48,975 nucleotides of DNA from Sulfurimonadaceae bacterium. Its GTDB lineage: Bacteria; Campylobacterota; Campylobacteria; Campylobacterales; Sulfurimonadaceae. The stretch lies in contig JBFEXS010000003.1 of assembly GCA_041562555.1 (NCBI GenBank), forward strand, positions 1 to 48,975, in the 5' to 3' direction. Within the stretch, counting starts at the first letter, position 1, and the number at the start of each line of letters is the position of its first letter. This document shows, one piece after another, positions 40,595 through 48,975 of this stretch. The notes beneath the pieces were generated by a model. It saw nothing but the letters and a program-made list of their open reading frames with translations, did no database searches and was not told where the DNA came from. Both the position numbers and the translations under genes were made by a program.

Positions 40595-40697
40595 ACTCTA
40601 TCTTAACGCAGTAAAGTATAAATAAAACTTACATTTCATGAATGTTCGGATAAACAAGATTCAAGGGTACGTTCATCTAAAAAAAATGCCTTACAGA

Positions 40698-42968
40698 CTA
40701 TCGTGTCTGTGAGACTAGAGCTTGCAATACCGTCTCCCGTTTAGTCGTATCCAACCTGCGGCAGCCTGCTTCAAATGCAGCTCCCTCACCTACCAGGTGG
40801 CACTGTCCCTTCGCCCGAGTGATCGCTGTATATAGTAGCTTGGTATTATGCATGATAAAATGCGAAAAACTAATAGGGATGACAACCGATTCATATTCCA
40901 TCCCCTGTACCTTGTGTATTGTAAGCGCATAGGAGAGTGAAAGGTGGGATTTGAGCTGATCAAAATCATATTGAACGATAAGCTCCTCATTGGGATAAAA
41001 CACATGCAATAGTTCTTCATCCAGATCAATCCTAAAAACCAAACCCACCATACCATTGAACACTCGCTTTTCAAAGCTTTCACTCTGCTCTTTAAACCCT
41101 TCGGGAGTATTACATGGCATGTTCTCATTTTTGATATGTACGACCTTATCCATCAAACGATACTCATATTTTCCTGCCTTGATATGCTCCTTTGAAGTAG
41201 GGTTGAAATATTCTTGCAATACCTGATTTAGGTTTTCACTTCCCAAAGCCCCGCCCTTCATCGGTGTGATCACCTGAAAAGCCTTCAAGTACCCCGATAT
41301 ATCTTTTGTCTTTAAAAACTCCCGGGAATGGGGTATCTCTTCTACAGCAAGATGCATGATTGAAGCAAGTACACGATTGGAGTGTTCTTCACGTAACTCT
41401 TGTAACTGGGGCTTGCTCAAAGAGTTCTTCAGCTGATAATAATTGGGGATGTTTACCTCTTGAAAATGAAAATCATCGTACTCTTCATAAAACCTCGGGA
41501 CCTCGCCTTGTCGGATTGTGTTCGCAACCAACGCTATCGCCTGCTTCTCATTCTGACGATAAAGTTTTGTCAATTTTACCATTGGTGCCAGATCAAGATT
41601 GATCATATCCGAAAGTACGTTACCCGCCCCGATTGGAGGAAGTTGTCCATCATCCCCCACGATAATAAAGATCGCATCATCATCAATCATCTTGATCAGC
41701 TGGAAAAAGAGCATAGAATTGACCATGGATGCCTCATCCAAAAGTACGACCTTATAAGGCATCCCCTCGTCCTTGTCTTCATATCTGACAATCAGACTCT
41801 GGATCGTCTGACTCTGATAGCCTGTCGTCTCGGAAATACGTTGCGAAGCGATACCCGAGAGTGCCGTACACATGATCGAGTTCTCTCCGACTTTCTCCGC
41901 CATAAGATCCAGTATAAGTCGTGCAGAAGTGGACTTTCCTGTTCCCGCATACCCGACCAAGAGGAGGATGGATGAACCTTCATTGAGGATTTCCACTGCA
42001 CGTCTCTGCTCTTGGGAAAGTGTAAACCCTGCACTCTTCTCACGGGTAGCAATAAAGCTGTCAAGATCTTTTTTAATCACTCCAAAATCTTGTTGGCACT
42101 TCCTCTTTATGTAATTGAGAATAAACTCTTCTGCATAAAAATAGATATCCGGTGCAAGCAGATCCCCAAACATGTGCAGATGACCCTCGTGTACCAACTG
42201 CAAGATCGTATCTTCATACAAAGCCTGCTGATTGAACATTCCCAATTCTTCATCCAGACGCTCAAACAATCTGTACTTGGAAATACAGGAGTTCCCCTGC
42301 ATATCGCACATCTCACGTATCAGATAGTTTGTAGCTGCATGTAACCGGTTCTCATCCTGATCCCCAACGCCCATCTTTTTGGCAATTTCATCTGCACGTT
42401 TAAAACCTATACCCTTAATATGTGTCAGTACATAGGGGTTTTTCTTTATCTTTGCAGCGGGATTGGGAACCTCTTTGAGCTGAGTTGCAATCAGATGGAT
42501 CATCGCCGAACTGACATCAAAGGGAGCGAGAAATTCCCCAAGTTCACGAACGGAACGAAACTGTTTCCAGCTCTTTTGTATCCGTTCAAGTTTTTTCTCT
42601 TTTACACCCTTGAATTCCAAAAGCTTTTCGATATTATTGTCCAATACATCGATCAGACCTTCTTCGCCGAACTTTTCAATGAGATCGGCAGTCAGTTTCT
42701 TCGTAAAACCTTTGATGACGCGGTTCAAGAAGAAAAAGAGTTCAGATTGGTTTACTTTTACGGAACTGCATTTGAAAGTAAACCCGTGTTTCTTGTGCTC
42801 GACCATCTCCCCTTCCAAAGTCACTGCCGCCCCGACAAGACTGTCGACAGGGGCTTCAACATATTCACCGGAGACCTTTGTCTTGTCACTTAGAACAGCA
42901 ATGAAAAAACTTTCGTTCTGATAGATGATCGTATCAATTTGGCCAATAAGTTTTGTGGAAGTTTGCAT
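40698..42968 (-). CDS. ATP-dependent RecD2-like SF1B DNA helicase
   Basis: N-terminal OB and HhH region (KGIGFKRAD), Walker A GYAGTGKS, DEASM, GDDGQLPPIG, YALTIHKVQG, LYTAITRAK. Confidence 0.92.
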   Translation of the reverse strand: MQTSTKLIGQIDTIIYQNESFFIAVLSDKTKVSGEYVEAPVDSLVGAAVTLEGEMVEHKKHGFTFKCSSVKVNQSELFFFLNRVIKGFTKKLTADLIEKFGEEGLIDVLDNNIEKLLEFKGVKEKKLERIQKSWKQFRSVRELGEFLAPFDVSSAMIHLIATQLKEVPNPAAKIKKNPYVLTHIKGIGFKRADEIAKKMGVGDQDENRLHAATNYLIREMCDMQGNSCISKYRLFERLDEELGMFNQQALYEDTILQLVHEGHLHMFGDLLAPDIYFYAEEFILNYIKRKCQQDFGVIKKDLDSFIATREKSAGFTLSQEQRRAVEILNEGSSILLLVGYAGTGKSTSARLILDLMAEKVGENSIMCTALSGIASQRISETTGYQSQTIQSLIVRYEDKDEGMPYKVVLLDEASMVNSMLFFQLIKMIDDDAIFIIVGDDGQLPPIGAGNVLSDMINLDLAPMVKLTKLYRQNEKQAIALVANTIRQGEVPRFYEEYDDFHFQEVNIPNYYQLKNSLSKPQLQELREEHSNRVLASIMHLAVEEIPHSREFLKTKDISGYLKAFQVITPMKGGALGSENLNQVLQEYFNPTSKEHIKAGKYEYRLMDKVVHIKNENMPCNTPEGFKEQSESFEKRVFNGMVGLVFRIDLDEELLHVFYPNEELIVQYDFDQLKSHLSLSYALTIHKVQGMEYESVVIPISFSHFIMHNTKLLYTAITRAKGQCHLVGEGAAFEAGCRRLDTTKRETVLQALVSQTR

Positions 42969-43036
42969 AAAGAAATTGTACTACAAGATCCTTACAAAGA
43001 AAGGATACTTGTCAATGAGAAAGGGTTGATGGATGA

Positions 43037-44134
43037 CTATCGTTTTTCTTGTAAGATACTCTCCAAGAGGGCAAACAGTTCATCACTGTTGGTCTCCATC
43101 TTCGCAAGGGCTTGTGCAAGTTTTGTACAGTCTTTGTCATCTTTATCCTGGATAAGATCAAAGACAGCCTTCGTCGCGTCATGGACTCCTGCATGAGGTG
43201 TGAGGATTTTCGAATAACTCGGCATAGCTGAAAAACGTTCTTTTCCTTCACCCTCTTCATGCCATTTCCCAAGGCGACAGGAATGATGGTCAACAAAGGA
43301 GAAGGCAGGTTCACGTTTGATGGCAGAGAGATAGGTGTTCGCTTTCCACAAGATATGATCGACTTTTGCCAGAGGAATAAAAATATGGTCACGCAGATCT
43401 TCTACTGCGGTATTGATATGTGAAGCATCCTTGGCATTTATATTCAAGACATCATTCAAGGTATTCGCTGTCTCGGAGAGTGAGGTCATATGTGAGTCAA
43501 TCTCTTCCGATTTTGAAATGATCTCGTGAGTCTCTTGCTGTACTGAGGTAATCACCATAGAGATCTCACCCAGGGCCTTTTGCGTCCTGTCGGCCAGTTT
43601 TCTGACCTCATCAGCAACCACGGCAAACCCACGTCCATGTTCTCCTGCTCTGGCCGCTTCAATCGCGGCATTAAGGGCTAACAGATTCGTTTGATCAGCA
43701 ATATCCCGGATAAGCTCGATAATCGTATTGATCTCCCCTACACGACCGGACAAGGATTCCACCGCATGCACCGAATCCGATGACAGTTCACCCAGAGAGT
43801 GGATAGAGTCATTCATCACATTGATATGCTCATTCGAACTTTTTGCATTCTCTCCGATTTCATCGGTATCATTGGCAATGAGCCGCGTCTCTTCGACCAC
43901 ATTCACCAAATGGTTCTGAACCGTTGCCAAACCTTCAATCAGTTTCTCATTCTGATGCCTGGAAATATCACAAAAAGTATACTCTTCATCCCGCCCTTTA
44001 GACAAGACCGCCTCATTTGAGACAGATGACAATTCATCAAGTAGATTGCTGTTTTCCCGCTTGAGCGATTCATTTTCAGCTTCAAGTGCTTGAATACGTT
44101 CTTCTAACTTCTTTGTATTAGCAAATAAGGCCAT
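43037..44134 (-). CDS. Soluble methyl-accepting chemotaxis protein with a C-terminal CZB zinc-binding domain
   Basis: No TM helix; [37 protein letters not shown] ligands [21 protein letters not shown]. Confidence 0.93.
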   Translation of the reverse strand: MALFANTKKLEERIQALEAENESLKRENSNLLDELSSVSNEAVLSKGRDEEYTFCDISRHQNEKLIEGLATVQNHLVNVVEETRLIANDTDEIGENAKSSNEHINVMNDSIHSLGELSSDSVHAVESLSGRVGEINTIIELIRDIADQTNLLALNAAIEAARAGEHGRGFAVVADEVRKLADRTQKALGEISMVITSVQQETHEIISKSEEIDSHMTSLSETANTLNDVLNINAKDASHINTAVEDLRDHIFIPLAKVDHILWKANTYLSAIKREPAFSFVDHHSCRLGKWHEEGEGKERFSAMPSYSKILTPHAGVHDATKAVFDLIQDKDDKDCTKLAQALAKMETNSDELFALLESILQEKR

Positions 44135-44275
44135 CAGATCATCCTTTGATTAAAAATGCTATTTCACCGTTTTTATCATAACTATACTTTATGACAAAAG
44201 CATCTTGTAATATAACTATATTTAATCATACTCAAGCTAAGCTTAAAGAAAAGGAAGGTTCTCCGGGTTAAATTA

Positions 44276-45160
44276 CTACTCCGCACTGACCCTTGCGTTT
44301 CGTTCATCCTCTTGCGCCTTGTAAAGTTCCGCGCAGCCTTTTGAAAGTTCACGGATCTGCAGGATATAGTTTGCTCTCTCCGTCGCCGATATCGCCTTAC
44401 GTGCATCCAATACATTAAAGGTGTTGGATGCAGCCATACATAGGTCATATGCAGGTAGAGGAAGTCCTTCATCCAAGGCTGCTTTACACTCTTGTGCCTT
44501 TGCATCAAAATCTTTGAAAAGCATATCCGTATTCGCTACTTCGAAATTGTATTTTGAGAACTCGATCTCACTCTCTTTATGGATATCTCTATAGAGTGTC
44601 TTCCCATGCTCGTTCTCATTCCATACAATGTCAAATACTGAGTCGACTCCCTGAAGGTACATTGCCAAACGTTCTGTTCCGTAAGTGATCTCAACGGCGA
44701 CCGGATCACAGGAGATACCGCCTACTTGCTGAAAATAGGTGAACTGTGTAACTTCCATACCATTGAGCCACACTTCCCAACCAAGTCCCCATGCACCCAG
44801 TGTCGGAGATTCCCAATTGTCTTCAACAAAACGGATATCGTGCTCACTGAGGTCAAGTCCCAGATATTCCAGACTTTTAAGGTAAAGTTCCTGGATATTG
44901 TCCGGACTCGGTTTGATCAAGGCCTGAAACTGGTAATAAGAACCCAGACGATTAGGGTTCTCCCCGTAGCGACCATCTGTCGGACGGCGTGAAGGTGCCA
45001 CATAAGCAACCGACCACGGCTTGGAATCAAGTGAACGTAAAAAAGTTGCCGGATGAAAAGTACCAGCACCCGCCGGAATGTCATAGGGCTGAACGATGTT
45101 ACATCCCTGTTCTTTCCAGAACATCTGAAGTTTTAAAAGCAAATCACTAAAGGTAATCAT
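44276..45160 (-). CDS. glyQ: Glycyl-tRNA synthetase alpha subunit
   Basis: [37 protein letters not shown]. Confidence 0.98.
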   Translation of the reverse strand: MITFSDLLLKLQMFWKEQGCNIVQPYDIPAGAGTFHPATFLRSLDSKPWSVAYVAPSRRPTDGRYGENPNRLGSYYQFQALIKPSPDNIQELYLKSLEYLGLDLSEHDIRFVEDNWESPTLGAWGLGWEVWLNGMEVTQFTYFQQVGGISCDPVAVEITYGTERLAMYLQGVDSVFDIVWNENEHGKTLYRDIHKESEIEFSKYNFEVANTDMLFKDFDAKAQECKAALDEGLPLPAYDLCMAASNTFNVLDARKAISATERANYILQIRELSKGCAELYKAQEDERNARVSAE

Positions 45161-45285
45161 GTAGCTTATCCTTGATTAAATTACGCGAATTATACAAAAG
45201 CTATGGTATGAAAGGGCTTATATCATAAAGGATAGGAAAACATTCCGCCCCAAAGCATGTTATACTTCAAAAAACAGGATAATCC

Positions 45286-45624
45286 ATGACAAACAAACTG
45301 CTTATTATATGGAGTACAGAAGAGATCGAAGTTGCCCAAAAGATGGTGCTTCTATACTCCTCCGTCATCTTACCCCGAAACTACTGGGATGAGGCTATTT
45401 TGATGATCTGGGGTCCTTCAGCCAGGCTTTTGGCAGAAAATGTGCAACTGCAAGAAAAAGTCCAGGAAATCGCAAAAACCGGTGTCAGACTCCAGGCATG
45501 TATCGTTTGTACAGATGATTACGGTGTGTCTGATACACTTGAAAAGCTGGGTGTCGAATTAACCCATACGGGAGAGATGCTGACCAAAGCACTCCAAAGT
45601 GATTGGAAGACAATCACCTTTTGA
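45286..45624 (+). CDS. DsrE-family protein
   Basis: LMIWGPS, LQACIVC (CxxC), C-terminal TITF; 112 aa. Confidence 0.75.
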   Translation: MTNKLLIIWSTEEIEVAQKMVLLYSSVILPRNYWDEAILMIWGPSARLLAENVQLQEKVQEIAKTGVRLQACIVCTDDYGVSDTLEKLGVELTHTGEMLTKALQSDWKTITF

Positions 45625-46489
45625 GATGCGTCGGCATCAAATACTCTTCAAAGATAGCGGCTATATCACTTTGCATAAAACTTCTAAAGAGCTTCATAAA
45701 CAGCCACAGAAAGAATAGCGGCAAGAGCACACTCTGAACAATGAAGATCGAGATCAGTACAAGAATATATTCAATAGCACTGTTGAACTTGTGCTTTAAA
45801 GCTTCCCATAGCCCTTGCATCTTCATCTTAAAGTTTTCGACTTTTTGCGTTATATCCAAAGTATCAAACCAGCTGGATTCATGGCGGATTTCAGCCTTAC
45901 GAACCTGTTGTACAATGTTTTCTGTCTGAAGATGTGCCGTTTCCAGTGAAGCTTTCGCACTCTCATAGCGATCGTGAAGAGTATAGGTATAAATACCTTC
46001 ATTCAGTAATACGATCAAAGGAACCAAAAAGCGTAGAAAACCGAACACGATAAAAGCTTTGAAAACAAGATTGAAACTCTGCTTGTGCCAAAGCCTCGGT
46101 ATCCATATCATCCCTAACAATACCAAAACGCTCACCGCCAAGAAGAACTCTACCATTGGGCTCTGCCCAAAATGCAACAATATCTCCTGTACACCAAGGG
46201 AGACGGAGCTCATCAGCATCACCCATGAAAAACGCTCTACCATATCGTTCATAGGATCAACGATCTGTCCCACAGCGAAATTCACACCCACACCTGCCGG
46301 TGTCGCATAGACTTCTGTTCCCTGAAGCACAGAGATCAGACCATTAAGCGAACGAGCAATGGCAAAAACCGTCACTGATCGTGTAAACGCCTTATCCAGC
46401 TGCTCTGAGCTCGTTCGGTCAACGGATTTTACAAATGAGAGCTGTACCAGTATAATCAGAAAAAATGAGAGTATAAGTTTTTTAATCAT
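45614..46489 (-). CDS. Hypothetical integral membrane protein
   Basis: ARSLNGLISVLQ...GQIVDPMNDMVERFSWVML, several TM helices. ATG 46489 lies 6 nt after TATAAT. Confidence 0.75.
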   Translation of the reverse strand: MIKKLILSFFLIILVQLSFVKSVDRTSSEQLDKAFTRSVTVFAIARSLNGLISVLQGTEVYATPAGVGVNFAVGQIVDPMNDMVERFSWVMLMSSVSLGVQEILLHFGQSPMVEFFLAVSVLVLLGMIWIPRLWHKQSFNLVFKAFIVFGFLRFLVPLIVLLNEGIYTYTLHDRYESAKASLETAHLQTENIVQQVRKAEIRHESSWFDTLDITQKVENFKMKMQGLWEALKHKFNSAIEYILVLISIFIVQSVLLPLFFLWLFMKLFRSFMQSDIAAIFEEYLMPTHLKR

Positions 46490-46512
46490 GGATGCATTAT
46501 ACAGCAAATGGG

Positions 46513-46860
46513 TCAGTTTCCACAAAAATTGCCGTCACAGGCAGGTATCACTCCTGAATCGCTCCCACTTGAGATCAGGAACTTCACTAAGTGCTTTCGC
46601 CGACTCTGATAGTAGGATTTTTCAAAGATCTGCTTGGCTTTTTCATGCTTCATATGTATAGCCAATATCTTTGCGTCCCCATCTTTAAACAATCTCTTCC
46701 ACTCCTTTTGCTTTAACATTGCAGCACCCTTATACGGATTCCCATGACACTGTTTACACAGTTTTTTATATGTAACGATACCCTGTTCAGAATAGTTTTG
46801 TCGGGCAAAAGCATTCGAAGCAAACAGTACCAATCCGATTATTAAGAATCTAACTAACAT
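46513..46860 (-). CDS. Periplasmic monoheme cytochrome c
   Basis: GGAGGG RBS, signal peptide ending in AFA, CKQCH, C-terminal DSGVIPACDGNFCGN. Confidence 0.85.
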   Translation of the reverse strand: MLVRFLIIGLVLFASNAFARQNYSEQGIVTYKKLCKQCHGNPYKGAAMLKQKEWKRLFKDGDAKILAIHMKHEKAKQIFEKSYYQSRRKHLVKFLISSGSDSGVIPACDGNFCGN

Positions 46861-47034
46861 CCTCGTCCCCTCCCTTTCTGAAATATTATACAACGAACCG
46901 GATAGTTTGGTATTGGACATTACATATTAGGAATATTTTTTAAGTTAAGCTCCTAGAGCGGTAAAAAGAAGAGAGAGTCCAAGATGCTCATGGCCATAAT
47001 GACCACGAATCACTTGAAGAAGAATTAAAAAAGA

Positions 47035-47286
47035 CTATAACTCTTTTTTCTGTTGACATTTTTCACAACTGCAGTCATCACCACAATCACATTTTTCTTT
47101 ACCTTCACACGCACATTTCACTGCACAATCGCAACCCGCTTTGTCCATACTGTGGCAGTTCTCTTTTTTTGGACACATCTTTGGAGCATCTACTTTGTAC
47201 TGACATGTTCCGTCGCATTTATCAGCATTTGGACACGCGAATAGTGCCGAGATACTTAGCAATAAAACCACTATACTCTTTTTCAT
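47035..47286 (-). CDS. Secreted Cys-rich, metallothionein-like small protein
   Basis: AAGGA RBS, signal peptide MKKSIVVLLLSISALFA, 66-aa mature part with 14 Cys including four CxC motifs. Confidence 0.7.
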   Translation of the reverse strand: MKKSIVVLLLSISALFACPNADKCDGTCQYKVDAPKMCPKKENCHSMDKAGCDCAVKCACEGKEKCDCGDDCSCEKCQQKKEL

Positions 47287-47415
47287 TGAATCTTCCTTGA
47301 TATTTTGATCCCGCAATAATATCGCTTTTTCTCATACAAACCAATATCAGTTTTTTTTTATAAGAAAACTTTATGCAAAAAAAGGGTTCAATAAAGGAAT
47401 ATATACAGTAAAGGA

Positions 47416-47772
47416 ATGAAGATGCAAGCGCAAGAGTTAGAATTTTTCAAAGATCAGCTTCTTAATGCAAAAGAACATATCCTTCAAAATGTTGAATTAG
47501 CTTCCAAAGAACTCAATCAACTGCAAACTCAAGAGAACAATGATGACATGGACTTTGCTTCGATGCGCAGCGATGCTATGATTGAACAGGCTATTTCTGA
47601 TCAACAAAAGGCCGAACTTGTCGATATTGAAGATGCCCTTGAGCGAATCAAAAAGGGCAATTACAATACCTGCGAGATGTGTTCTGAAGAGATAGGCGCT
47701 GCCAGGTTGAAGGCAAAACCTTATGCAAAGTATTGCATGACCTGTCGCCCTTTATATGAGAAGTCACACTAA
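47416..47772 (+). CDS. dksA: RNA polymerase-binding protein DksA (C4 zinc finger)
   Basis: DDMDFA (DxxDxA) coiled-coil tip, ALERI..G.Y..CEMC...RLKAKP...CMTC. Confidence 0.88.
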   Translation: MKMQAQELEFFKDQLLNAKEHILQNVELASKELNQLQTQENNDDMDFASMRSDAMIEQAISDQQKAELVDIEDALERIKKGNYNTCEMCSEEIGAARLKAKPYAKYCMTCRPLYEKSH

Positions 47773-47784
47773 GTATATTAGACA

Positions 47785-47812
47785 AAAAACATTACAGCAT
47801 CGTAATGTTTTT
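47785..47812 (+). terminator. Inverted repeat after dksA: terminator, or operator over the aroK promoter
   Basis: AAAAACATTAC-AGCATC-GTAATGTTTTT. Confidence 0.45.
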
Positions 47813-47828
47813 CTGTTATCATACCTCC

Positions 47829-48350
47829 ATGAAAAACAATAATATAATTTTAATGGGGTTTATGGGCGTTGGTAAAGGTTCTTTAGCCCGTGAACTGAGC
47901 AAAGAGTTGCACCGGGTTAATATCGATACGGATGACCTTATCGAAAGTATGGAGAACACCAGCGTCAAAAAGATCTTTGAAAAAGAGGGTGAGGAGTATT
48001 TCCGTGAAAAAGAAAAACAACTCTCATTATGGCTGCAAAAAAGTGTCAAAGACTCTATTATTTCCATAGGAGGAGGGTTTTACAAGGTAGGTAATTTACA
48101 AAAAATTGGGCATGTCATCTATCTTGAATCTTCCTTTGATGCCATTTTGGACCGTATAAACTCCTTTGACAATGCTAAGAAAAAACTCAAAAAACGCCCG
48201 TTACTGCAAGACATGGCAAAGGCTAAAGCACTTATTTCCCAGCGCCATCCCGAATATCTGGCATCTGCAGATTCTGTTATTCAAACAGCAGGGAAAAGCT
48301 CTGCCCAAATAGCGACTGAGATTATTAAACTTTTAAAATTAAAAGCTTAG
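47829..48350 (+). CDS. aroK: Shikimate kinase
   Basis: GFMGVGKG (P-loop variant), DTD, GEEYFREKE, SIGGG, RPLL. ATG 47829 lies 6 nt after TGtTATCAT. Confidence 0.93.
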   Translation: MKNNNIILMGFMGVGKGSLARELSKELHRVNIDTDDLIESMENTSVKKIFEKEGEEYFREKEKQLSLWLQKSVKDSIISIGGGFYKVGNLQKIGHVIYLESSFDAILDRINSFDNAKKKLKKRPLLQDMAKAKALISQRHPEYLASADSVIQTAGKSSAQIATEIIKLLKLKA

Positions 48351-48357
48351 ACTCCGT

Positions 48358-48963
48358 TCAGTCTATATAGGCGCGTATTTTTTCAATACTTCTATACCCC
48401 TTCACTACACAAAGGTGGCCTTCTTCATCGATAAATACAAGAGAGGGAAAGGCACTTGCCCCCATGGACCTTGCCTTGTAAAAGTCCTCTTGTGTCTTCT
48501 GTCTCAACGCTTCAGATTCGAATTTCTTTAAGAACATATCCCTGTCAACATCCACATCCCTTAAGACATTTAGGATAACTTCCTTTGTATTGATCTCTTT
48601 ACCCTCACAATAAAATGCCTTTTGCAAGGCATACACAAAAGCAAAGACCTTCGTCTCATCTATTTCCCTTAAGGTCACAACTGCCCTGCAAGCAGGCTCA
48701 GTATCATACTCAAAATGGGCCCTATCCAAAAAAGATTTATCAAAAGGCTGCCCGGTCACAGCCTCAACATTCTCCCAATGCTCTTTCAAATAGGTTCTAA
48801 ACTCCCTCGTCCAGGGTTGATCCCCCTTCGTACGCAGTCCACCCATCAAAACAGAAAGCTTCACATCCTCCGGCAATATACGCTGTAACTCTTCTAAAAC
48901 AGGTTCAAAACCCCAACACCATGAACACATAGGGTCTAATACGGCGATTATCTCCCTTTTCAT
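48358..48963 (-). CDS. DsbA/FrnE-like thioredoxin-fold protein
   Basis: DPMCSWCWGF (CxxC), YDTEPACRAV, AFPS cis-Pro; no signal peptide. Confidence 0.88.
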   Translation of the reverse strand: MKREIIAVLDPMCSWCWGFEPVLEELQRILPEDVKLSVLMGGLRTKGDQPWTREFRTYLKEHWENVEAVTGQPFDKSFLDRAHFEYDTEPACRAVVTLREIDETKVFAFVYALQKAFYCEGKEINTKEVILNVLRDVDVDRDMFLKKFESEALRQKTQEDFYKARSMGASAFPSLVFIDEEGHLCVVKGYRSIEKIRAYID

Positions 48964-48975
48964 AAACGAATCCAA

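Noticed and set aside
40698..42968. RecD2/TraA-like helicase as a mobile-element or defence marker
   Set aside because: No relaxase domain, integrase or conjugation genes nearby; it fits a chromosomal RecD2-type repair helicase.
37..48800. Many short ORF-track entries antisense or out of frame to the called genes (e.g. 4369-4848, 23145-23615, 41460-41975)
   Set aside because: Shadow ORFs of well-supported genes, with no recognisable motifs.
1..48975. Search by eye for CRISPR arrays, tRNA/rRNA, IS elements and prophage genes
   Set aside because: None seen; intergenic spaces are short and no transposase, integrase or phage ORFs were recognised. tRNAscan and Infernal were not run.

Overview
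Chromosomal segment of a Campylobacterota (Epsilonproteobacteria) genome, most like a free-living Sulfurimonas/Sulfurovum-type chemolithotroph (inferred from gene order and protein style). It holds a periplasmic nitrate reductase operon napAGHBFL plus the first codons of napD. Upstream lie an NssR-like Crp/Fnr regulator and a membrane NarX-type P-box sensor with no recognisable output domain. The conserved glyQ...nif3-zinc ribbon-waaA-rluA-ffh-rpsP-khpA-rimM-trmD-rplS backbone is interrupted by a Crp/Fnr-hsp20-membrane hsp20-lipoprotein cassette, a REC-REC-GGDEF gene, a thioesterase, and ~24 kb of accessory genes (NYN, pckA, ModE + OprD porin, MarR-RND pump, NhaC-family, DUF4395-like + Cys-motif GGDEF-EAL, RecD2-like, CZB chemoreceptor). 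The window ends with DsrE-like, cytochrome c, a secreted 14-Cys metallothionein-like protein, dksA, aroK and a DsbA-family gene. Regulatory signals read directly from the DNA: two different perfect 14-bp palindromes, each at the class II (-41.5) position beside its own Crp/Fnr gene; a ModE box; a perfect 17-bp inverted repeat before marR; five candidate leaderless genes; a structured rpsP leader; and a likely ATA start codon. I found no rRNA, tRNA, CRISPR array or mobile element. All calls are from motif recognition; no database searches were run.
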